Part shown: positions 56,094-64,000 of the stretch, piece by piece
Layout: every line of letters starts with the position of its first letter
Numbering within the stretch: the first letter of the stretch is position 1
Assembly (NCBI GenBank): GCA_963817385.1
Contig: CAWFOM010000007.1
Location: 32,001-96,000 of the forward strand
Direction: 5' to 3'
From: an uncultured delta proteobacterium
GTDB lineage: Bacteria; Desulfobacterota; Syntrophia; Syntrophales; UBA5619
Length of the DNA stretch: 64,000 nt
Made by a program: the position numbers and the translations under genes
The notes under the pieces: generated by a model
What the model was told of the DNA's origin: nothing
Seen by the model: only the letters and a program-made list of their open reading frames with translations
Database searches by the model: none

Positions 56094-59000
56094 GTGCTGA
56101 AAGATAACGATAAAGTCGGTGCGGTCATGGTGGTGGGGTCGGGCATTGCAGGCATCCAGGCCTCGCTCGATCTTGCCAATTCCGGGATGAAGGTCTTCCT
56201 CGTGGAGCGGGGGATCAGCATCGGCGGCGTCATGGCCCAGTTGGACAAGACCTTTCCCACGAACGATTGTTCGGCCTGCATCCTCTCTCCGAAACTCGTC
56301 GAGGTAGGCCGGCACCCCAATGTGCAGATCATGACGGGGCGGACCGTGGAGGCCGTGGAGGGCGAGGCGGGCCGCTTCCGGGTCCGGATGACAAAAGCCC
56401 CCCGGTACATCGATCTGGCCAAGTGCACCGGATGCGGGGACTGCGCCAACGTCTGCCCCGTCTCCGTCCCCTCCGACTTCAACGAAGGGCTCAATACCCG
56501 CAAGGCCGTCTACCGCCACTTTCCCCAGGCCATTCCCTCCGGTTTCGCGATCGACAAGCTGGGGACCTCCCCCTGCAAGGCGGCCTGTCCCACCCACATC
56601 AGCGTCCAGGGGTACGTGGCCCTGATCGCGGCGGGAAAATTCAAGGAAGCCCTGAAGCTCATCAAGAAGGACAACCCCTTTCCCATCGTCTGCGGCCGGG
56701 TCTGCAACCACCCCTGCGAGGCGGCCTGCAAGCGGGGAGAGGTGGATGAACCGATCGACATCATGCACCTGAAGCAGTTCGTGGCCGACCTCGATCTCCG
56801 CGAAGAAACGCGGTTCGTCCCCGCGGTCAAGGAGAAGAAGGGAAAGAAGGTCGCCGTCGTCGGCGCCGGTCCCGCGGGGCTCACCGCGGCGTACTATCTG
56901 GCGATCGAAGGCTACGACGTCGACGTCTTCGAGGCGCTGCCCGTGGCGGGCGGCTGGCTCGCCGTGGGGATCCCCGAATACCGCCTCCCGAAGGATGTCC
57001 TCAAGGCGGAGATCGAGGTGATCGAGGAGCTGGGGGTGAAGATCCACCTCAACACCGCGATCGGCAAGGACATCCCCTTCGAGAAGCTCCGGAAGGACTA
57101 CGACGCCGTCTTCATCGGCTGCGGCACCATGAAGAGCAGCAAGCTCAACATCCCCGGCGAGGAGATGGAAGGCGTCGTCCACGGGGTCGATTACCTGAAA
57201 CGGATCAACCTGGGCGAGAAGGTCTCCCTGGGAGACCGGGTCGCCGTCATCGGCGGCGGGAACGTCGCCATGGACGCGGTCCGGACGGCCGTCCGGACCG
57301 GTTCGAAGAACGTCTTCATCCTCTACCGCCGGACCCGCGCGGAGATGCCCGCCGCGCCCGAGGAGATCGAGGAGGCCATCGAGGAAGGGATCGAGATGAA
57401 GTTCCTCGTCGCCCCCAAGCGGGTCGTCGGGAAGGACGGCAAGGTGACGGGGATCGAGTGCACCCGGATGGAGCTGGGCGAGCCCGACGCCAGCGGCCGC
57501 CGGCGCCCCGTGGAGATCAAGGGGTCCGAATTCACGATCGACTGCGACGCCATCGTCCCGGCCATCGGCCAGGAGGCCGACCTTTCCTTCATCCCGAAGG
57601 AGAGCGGCGTCTCCATCAACAAGTGGAACAACATCGACTCCGACGCAGTCACCTACCAGACGACCATCCCGGGGATCTTCTCCGGCGGCGACGTCGTCAC
57701 CGGACCCCAGACCGTCGTCAAGGCGGTCTTTGCCGGGAAGGAGGCGGCCGTCTCCATCGATCGCTTCCTGAAGGGCGAGGAGGTCGCGGCGGGCAGGGCG
57801 AAGGACTGGAAGAAGGATCTCGCCGACAAGGCCGATGTCTCGAAGGTGGCCAAGGCGCCCCGGGTCAGCTATCCGCTCCTCGAACCCGAAGAGCGGAAGG
57901 GCGGTTTCCGGGAAGTGGGACTCGGCTTGACCGAGGAGGAGGCCGTGCGGGAGGCGAACCGCTGCCTCGCCTGCGGCATCTGCTCCGAGTGCTACCAGTG
58001 CGTCGACGCCTGCATCGCGGGGGCGATCGACCATGAGATGACCGTTGCCGAGGAGGAGATCGAGGTCGGCTCCATCATCGCGGCGCCCGGCTTCGAGGTG
58101 TTCGATCCCCGCCTCCGGGGCGAATACGGCTACGGCCTCTACCAGAACGTCGTGACCAGCATCCAGTTCGAGCGGATCCTCTCCGCCTCGGGACCCTATT
58201 TCGGCCATGTCCAGCGGATCTCCGACGGCAAGGAGCCGAAGAAGGTCGCCTTCATCCAGTGCGTGGGGTCCCGCGACACCTCCTGCGGGAACAGTTGGTG
58301 CTCGTCGGTCTGCTGCATGTACGCGACGAAGGAGGCGATCATCGGCAAGGAGCACGCCAAGGGGATGGAGCCGACGATCTTCTTCATGGACATCCGCGCC
58401 CACGGCAAGGACTTCGACCGCTTCGTCAACCGGGCCAAGGGGGAGTACGGCATCCGCTACATCCGCTCCATGCCCTCGACGATCAAGGAGCTCCAGCAGA
58501 CGAAGAATCTCATCATCACGTACGTCCGGGAGGACGGAACGCCTCGCCGAGGAGGAGTTCGACATGGTCGTCCTCTCCGTCGGTCTCGACGCCGCCGAAG
58601 GAAGCGGCCAAGCTCGCGACGAACCTCGGCATCGATCTCGAGGAGCACGGCTTCTGCAAGACGCTCCGGGAAAATCCGGTCCAGACCTCCCGGGAAGGGG
58701 TCTTCGTCTGCGGCGCCTTCGCCGGCCCCAAGGACATCCCCGAGACGGTCATGGAGGCGAGCGGGCGCCGCCGCCTGCGCGGAGGGGCTCCTGGCAGCGC
58801 GCCGGGGCACGCTGACCACGGCGGAGGAGCTCCCGATGGAGAGCGACCTCCGGGGGATCGGCCCCCGGACGGGGGTCTTCGTCTGCCACTGCGGGATCAA
58901 TATCGGCGGGGTGGTCGACGTCCCCGCCGTCGTGGAGTACGCCAAGACCCTGCCCAACGTGGTCTATGCCACGGACAACCTCTTCACCTGCTCCCAGGAT

Positions 59001-60526
59001 ACGGCCGTCAAGATGGGGGAGGTGATCCGGGAGCAGCGGCTCTCGCGGGTCGTCGTCGCCTCCTGCTCGCCCCGGACCCATGAGGGGCTCTTCCAGGAGA
59101 ACTGCGAGAAGGCGGGCCTGAACCGCTACCTCTTCGAGATGGCCAACATCCGGGACCAGAATTCCTGGGTCCATATGCACGAGCCTGAGAAGGCAACTGA
59201 GAAGGCGAAGGACCTCGTCCGCATGGCGATCGCCAAGGCGGAGTTCCTCAAGCCCCTGAAACCCGGCCAGCTCAGCGTCAACCACGCGGTCCTCATCATC
59301 GGCGGCGGGCTCGCCGGCATCACCGCGGCCCTGTCGCTGGCGGACCAGGGCTTCGCGTCCATCATCGTCGAGAAGGAGGCCGAGCTCGGGGGCAACTACC
59401 GGAAGCTCTCCTACACCCTGGAGGGGCTCGACACGAAACAGCACCTGGCGGAGCTCCTCGAACGGGTCGCGAAGAACCCCCTCATCCGCGTCTTCACCGG
59501 GGCGGAGATCAAGAAGATCGAGGGCTTCATCGGCAATTACAAGACGACGGTCGCCGCCAAGGGAAGCGAGGAGACTCTCGAGCACGGCGTCGTGATCGTC
59601 GCGACCGGGGCCTACGAGCTCGAAACCGACCGAGTACCTCCTGGGCGCCTCCGAGAAGGTGATGACCCAGCGGGAGCTGGAGAAGCCGGATCGCCGGGAA
59701 GGACGCCGGGACCCTGGCGGCAAAGAGCGTCGTCATGATCCAGTGCGTCGGCTCCCGGACCGCCGAGCAGCCCTGGTGCAGCCGCTACTGCTGCTCCGAG
59801 GCGATCAAGAACGCCCTGAAGCTGAAGGAGGCCGATCCGACCCGGGAAGTCACCGTGATCTACCGCGACATCCGGACCTTCGGCCTGAAGGAGGACTACT
59901 ACAAAAAGGCCCGCGAGGCCGATGTCCGCTTCGTCCGGTACGACGAGGAGCGGAAGCCCGAGGTGAAGGCCGCGGGAGACAAGATCGCCGTTTCGGTCTT
60001 CGACCCGATCCTGAACGAGACCGTCGAGATCAAGGCGGACCTCCTGGCCCTCAGCGTGGGGACCGTCCCCAACCCGGTGAACGCCGAGATCGGCAAGATG
60101 CTCAAGGTGCCGACCAACCAGGACGGCTTCTTCCTCGAGGCGCACGTGAAGCTTCGCCCCGTCGATTTCGCCACCGACGGCGTCTTCATGTGCGGCATGG
60201 CGCACGCCCCGAAGTTCAGCGACGAGTCGATCACCCAGGCGAACGCGGCGGTTTCCCGGGCCTGCACGATCCTGACGAAGGACTTCATCGAGGCGGAAGG
60301 GAAGACGGCGTACGTCAACAAGGAACGCTGCATGGCCTGCGGCCTCTGCGAGGCGAACTGCCCCTTCAGCGCGATCGCCGTGGACGAGAAGGAAGGGGCG
60401 GCCGTCGTCAATACCGTCCTGTGCAAGGGGTGCGGGGTCTGCACGGCCTCCTGCCGGATGAACGCCGCGGACCTCAACGGCTTCAACAACGAAGAGGTAT
60501 TGGCGCAGATCGGATCATTCATTTAA
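56094..60526 (+). CDS. hdrA: Large heterodisulfide reductase A-like protein (HdrL type: HdrA with a GltD-like NAD(P)H/FAD insert plus a second HdrA module), several frameshifts near 58540, 58590, 58760 and 59630-59700
   Basis: GIAGIQASLDLA, LDKTFPTNDC, CGRVCNHPCE, GAGPAG, GGGNVAMD, IQCVGSR, CSSVCC, GVFVCHCG, CSPRTHE, EAHVKLRP, terminal ferredoxin. Confidence 0.9.
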
Positions 60527-60569
60527 GTCAGGGACAGGCTGATTGCTGGGGGAGCATATGGAGAAGTCT

Positions 60570-62063
60570 ATGACGGAAGAGCAGTCGGCAAAGGAGTGGG
60601 AACCGAAGATCGTCGCCATCGTCTGCAACTGGTGCACCTACGCCGGGGCGGATCTCGCCGGCATCAGCCGGATCCAGTATCCGCCGAACGTGAGGATCAT
60701 CCGGGTCCCCTGCACGGGCCGGATCAATCCCTTCTACGTTTTGAAGGCCCTGCAGGAGGGGGCGGACGGGGTGCTGGTCTCCGGGTGCCACCCGGGCGAG
60801 TGCCACTACATCACCGGAAACCTGTCGGCCCGCCGGAAGTTCGCCGCCCTGAAGAGTTTCCTGAGCTACGTCGGGGTGGAAGGGGACCGGACGCTCTTTA
60901 CCTGGGTCTCCGCTTCCGAGGGGGACCGGTTCGCCCAGGTGATCCGGGGGGTGACCGACGCCGTGCGCGCCCTCGGGCCGGCCAAGAAACTCGTCAAGAA
61001 ATTGCAAGTGAACCCAAACAGCATGAGCGGGGGATCAGCGACTGTGGAAAACGGAGAGAAAAAGCTCAGGGAAGAGGCGAAGCGCCTCCTGGCCGAAAAG
61101 AAGGTGGATGTGGTCGTGGGGTACGAGGCGGGAACGCTGCCGCTGACGGCAACCCCCTGCTTCATCACGACGCCGGAGGAGGCGGACCGGCTGGTCTGGA
61201 ATGCCCTCTGCGTGCAGAACCTGGCCAAGTTCGTCCACGACCTCCTGAGCCAGCACCATGAGGCGCAGAAACGGGTCAAGCCGGAGGCCAAACGGAAAAA
61301 GACGGTCGGCGTCGTCGCCCGGGGCTGCACGACCCGGTCGCTGATGATCCACCTGCAGGAGAAGCAGTACGCCCGGGACGAGGTCGTCATCCTCGGCGTC
61401 CCCTGCGGCGGGTACGTGGACGCGCGGAAGCTCGCCGCCCTCGCCGGCGGCGAGGAGATCCGGGAAGGGTCTCTGGACGACGGGAAGGTCGCGGTGAAGA
61501 CCGTCAAGGGGGAGAAGCAGGCGCCCCTCGCGGAGCTCCTGGCCGACAACTGCCTCACCTGCCGTTTCAACGAGCCGGTCATGGCGGATATCGCGATAGG
61601 GAAGGGGGCGCCGATCGCGGGCGCCGAGAAGGAGTACGAACCGGTGACCGCCTTCGAGAACCTCCCGCCGGAGGAGCGGTGGGCCTATTTCGAGAAGGAG
61701 ATGGCCAAGTGCATCCGCTGCACGGCCTGCCGGAACGTCTGCCCCTCCTGCTACTGCCGGATCTGCTTCGCCGACCAGTCCCAGCCCCGCTGGGTCGACA
61801 TCGGGGAAGATGCATCCGACACCCAGCTCTTCCAGCTCATGCGGATGTACCACATGGTGGGGCGGTGCGTCGACTGCGGCTCCTGCACGGCGGTCTGCCC
61901 CATGGGGGTGGACCTGAGGAAGTTCCTGAAGAAGCTGGACAAGGACGCCTTTTCGATGTTCGGCCACCGGGCCGGGGTTGCCCTGGAGGAGCCGGCGCCG
62001 CTCGGCACCTACAAGGAAACCGACAAAGAGGATTTCATCTTCGAGCCGAAACACGGGGCATAG
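60570..62063 (+). CDS. MvhD/FlxD [2Fe-2S] domain in frame with an FlxC/FdhB-like 4Fe-4S domain
   Basis: CNWCTYAGAD, VPCTGR, GCHPGECHY, WVSASEG, then CIRCTACRNVCPSCYC and GRCVDCGSCTAVCP. Confidence 0.85.
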   Translation: MTEEQSAKEWEPKIVAIVCNWCTYAGADLAGISRIQYPPNVRIIRVPCTGRINPFYVLKALQEGADGVLVSGCHPGECHYITGNLSARRKFAALKSFLSYVGVEGDRTLFTWVSASEGDRFAQVIRGVTDAVRALGPAKKLVKKLQVNPNSMSGGSATVENGEKKLREEAKRLLAEKKVDVVVGYEAGTLPLTATPCFITTPEEADRLVWNALCVQNLAKFVHDLLSQHHEAQKRVKPEAKRKKTVGVVARGCTTRSLMIHLQEKQYARDEVVILGVPCGGYVDARKLAALAGGEEIREGSLDDGKVAVKTVKGEKQAPLAELLADNCLTCRFNEPVMADIAIGKGAPIAGAEKEYEPVTAFENLPPEERWAYFEKEMAKCIRCTACRNVCPSCYCRICFADQSQPRWVDIGEDASDTQLFQLMRMYHMVGRCVDCGSCTAVCPMGVDLRKFLKKLDKDAFSMFGHRAGVALEEPAPLGTYKETDKEDFIFEPKHGA

Positions 62064-62072
62064 CCGCATATG

Positions 62073-62130
62073 TGTCATTCCGCGAAGCGGGATCAGAGAT
62101 AAAGACTGGATTCCTGTCGCCGGAATGACA
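62073..62130. repeat. Degenerate REP-like pair
   Basis: TGTCATTCCGCGAAGCGGGATC...CTGGATTCC..CGGAATGACA. Confidence 0.7.
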
Positions 62131-62157
62131 AATGGACAAGCTTTAATCGGAGTCGCC

Positions 62158-62703
62158 ATGAAGAGTTTTCTGGAGGAAGTGAACGAGAAGGTAAACGGGG
62201 TTCCCATCCAGCGCTGTTACCACTGCCGGAAGTGCACGGCCGGCTGCCCCATGACCTCGGCCATGGAGCACAACCCCAACCGGGTCATCAGGATGATCCA
62301 GATGGGGAGGCGCGAAGAGGTCCTCAAGAGCGCCACGATCTGGCTCTGCGTCTCCTGCGAGACCTGCATCACCCGCTGCCCGAACGAGGTCGATATCGCC
62401 CGGATGATGGATGTCCTCCGGCAGATGGCGATCGAGACGGGGGTGGGGGCGAAGGAGAAGAACATCCTCCGGTTCCACGAGGCCTTCCTCGCCAACATCC
62501 GCAGGGGCGGCCGGATCAACGAGCCGATGATGATGGTGGATTACAAACTCAAATCCGGGGATCTCTTCTCCGACATGGGCATGGGGATCGACATGTTCCT
62601 GAAGGGGAAGCTCTCGCTGATCTCCCCCCGGACGAAAGATATGGACGAGCGTGCGGCGGATCTTCGAAAAGACCCGGCAATCGTGACGCCGGAAAGGTTC
62701 TGA
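62158..62703 (+). CDS. hdrC: Heterodisulfide reductase subunit C-like (a probable frameshift near 62644 would place the true stop at about 62686)
   Basis: CYHCRKCTAGCP, IWLCVSCETCITRCP. Confidence 0.88.
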   Translation: MKSFLEEVNEKVNGVPIQRCYHCRKCTAGCPMTSAMEHNPNRVIRMIQMGRREEVLKSATIWLCVSCETCITRCPNEVDIARMMDVLRQMAIETGVGAKEKNILRFHEAFLANIRRGGRINEPMMMVDYKLKSGDLFSDMGMGIDMFLKGKLSLISPRTKDMDERAADLRKDPAIVTPERF

Positions 62704-62715
62704 AGGAGGAAAGCG

Positions 62716-63564
62716 TTGAAAGTTTCTTACTATCCGGGATGCTCGCTGCACGGCACGGCCAAGGAGTACGACCAGTCGGTCAGGGCCGTCAGCCGGAACC
62801 TGGGGATAGATCTCGAGGAGATCGAAGACTGGTCCTGCTGCGGCGCCAGCTCCGCGCACGCCACGAATTTCAAGCTCTCGATCGCGCTCCCGGCCCGGGA
62901 CCTGATCGCCGCGGAGAAGAAGACGCAGGACGTGATGGTCCCCTGCGCCGCCTGCTTCAGCCGCTTCAAGACGGCGGAGCACCACCTCCGCCATGACCCG
63001 GCGCTGAAGGCGGAGGTCGAGGGGATCGTCGGCGGCAAGTACCAGGGGAGCGTGGCCGTCCGGAATCCGATCGACATCATCGTCAAGGACATCGGCCTGG
63101 AGGCCCTCAAGGAGAAGGTCGTAAAGAAGCTCACGGGGCTGAAGCCGGTCTCCTACTACGGCTGCCTGCTCCTGCGGCCGCCCGATGTCTGCCAGTTCGA
63201 CGATGCGGAAAACCCGGTCCTCCTCGACAAGATCCTGACCGAGCTCGGGGCGGAGGCCCGTCCCTGGTCCTTCAAGACGGACTGCTGCGGGGGGAGCCTG
63301 ACGATCTCGAAGACGCCGATCGTGACGAAGATGGTCGACAAGCTGATGACGATGGCGCGCGAGGCGGGGGCGAACTGCCTGGTGACGGCCTGCCCGGTCT
63401 GCACGGCCAATCTGGACATGCGCGCCTCGGAGGGCAAGGGGATGCCCGTCTTCTACTTCACGGAACTGGCGGCCCTGGCGATGGGTCAGGAGGGGCCGGA
63501 AGAGTGGTTCCGGCTGCACAACACGGATCCACGGCCGCTCCTCAAGGGGCTGGGGCTCCTGTAG
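62716..63564 (+). CDS. hdrB: Heterodisulfide reductase subunit B-like (two CCG domains)
   Basis: YYPGCSL, WSCCGA, CAACF, YYGCLL, CCGG, ACPVC..NLD. Confidence 0.92.
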   Translation: MKVSYYPGCSLHGTAKEYDQSVRAVSRNLGIDLEEIEDWSCCGASSAHATNFKLSIALPARDLIAAEKKTQDVMVPCAACFSRFKTAEHHLRHDPALKAEVEGIVGGKYQGSVAVRNPIDIIVKDIGLEALKEKVVKKLTGLKPVSYYGCLLLRPPDVCQFDDAENPVLLDKILTELGAEARPWSFKTDCCGGSLTISKTPIVTKMVDKLMTMAREAGANCLVTACPVCTANLDMRASEGKGMPVFYFTELAALAMGQEGPEEWFRLHNTDPRPLLKGLGLL

Positions 63565-63575
63565 CCCATATAAGC

Positions 63576-63682
63576 CGTCACCCCCGCGCAGGTCGGGGAG
63601 CAGCAGTATATGTCGTCACCCGGCGAAAGCCGGGGTCCAGAAGGTCCTGAAAGGACTGGATACCGGCTTTCGCCGGTATGAC
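63576..63682. repeat. REP-like palindromic cluster
   Basis: A degenerate unit, then GTCACCCGGCGAAAGCCGGGGTCCAG...CTGGATACCGGCTTTCGCCGGTATGAC. Confidence 0.85.
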
Positions 63683-63707
63683 AAAGTGTAAACCGAAAAG
63701 GAACAGT

Positions 63708-64000
63708 ATGGAAAAAAGGCTCATCAAGAAGGAGACGCTGGCCGGCATCATCGGGAAACTGGCGGGAACGATGCGGGTCTACGCCCCGATGCAGGCGGAG
63801 GATCAGGTCCTCTTCCGGATCCTGGAGGCGGGCGAGAAACCCCTGATCGATTTTGCGAATACGCGAAATGCGCCGAAAAATTTCCTCTTTCCCCGGACCG
63901 AGACGCTCCTGAAATTCACCCGGACCGGGAAGGGGATGGTCGCCGCCGGGGGGCCGGAGGAGGCGGAAAAGACCCTCCTGTTCGGCGTCCGCCCCTGCGA
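63708..64000 (+). CDS. AsrA/FlxB-like 4Fe-4S protein, N-terminal part (truncated by window edge)
   Basis: MEKRLIKK..VYAP..NTRNAPKNFLFPRTETLL..LFGVRPC. Confidence 0.8.
   Translation, partial: MEKRLIKKETLAGIIGKLAGTMRVYAPMQAEDQVLFRILEAGEKPLIDFANTRNAPKNFLFPRTETLLKFTRTGKGMVAAGGPEEAEKTLLFGVRPC

Noticed and set aside
56094..62063. Selenocysteine (TGA) read-through in HdrA/MvhD
   Set aside because: The ORF breaks are frame changes rather than in-frame TGA, and the motif positions encode Cys.

Overview
Bacterial chromosomal segment. Gene content (HdrL-Flx-HdrCB, Methanosarcina-type serC, hisB-lipoprotein-hisA, YqeY-dnaG-rpoD-tRNA-zinc ribbon-rnpB) suggests an anaerobic Desulfobacterota/Deltaproteobacterium, possibly Syntrophales-like (inference). 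About 0.4-27.7 kb is an accessory carboxylate/sugar-acid uptake and catabolism region. It holds four TctC-type binding proteins, two TctBA pairs, an extended SDR, an aconitase-like hydratase, an HpcH aldolase, a beta-decarboxylating dehydrogenase, a double-HTH GntR, an atypical M24 protein, a 2-hydroxyacid dehydrogenase, a ThDP enzyme, a cupin, a Gci-like enolase, a GMC oxidoreductase and an MmgE/PrpD protein. The region ends abruptly in a phage YopX-like remnant and tandem repeats next to the 3' end of tRNA-Lys. From 28 to 56 kb the genes are mostly housekeeping: purA, serA, serC, radA, groES/EL, ileS, lspA, a TRAP transporter with an ADP-forming acyl-CoA ligase, his genes, dnaG, rpoD, tRNA-Ile2, rnpB and engB. 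From 56 to 64 kb is an hdrL-flxDC-hdrC-hdrB-flxB cluster of the electron-bifurcation type. Many genes, including essential ones, carry single-base frameshifts that are most likely long-read assembly errors. The most notable observations are a strongly diverged region 4.2 in the primary sigma factor, the uncharacterised catabolic island, a sigma54-preceded small orphan gene, and several MITE/REP-like palindromes. No CRISPR array, integrase or transposase was seen.
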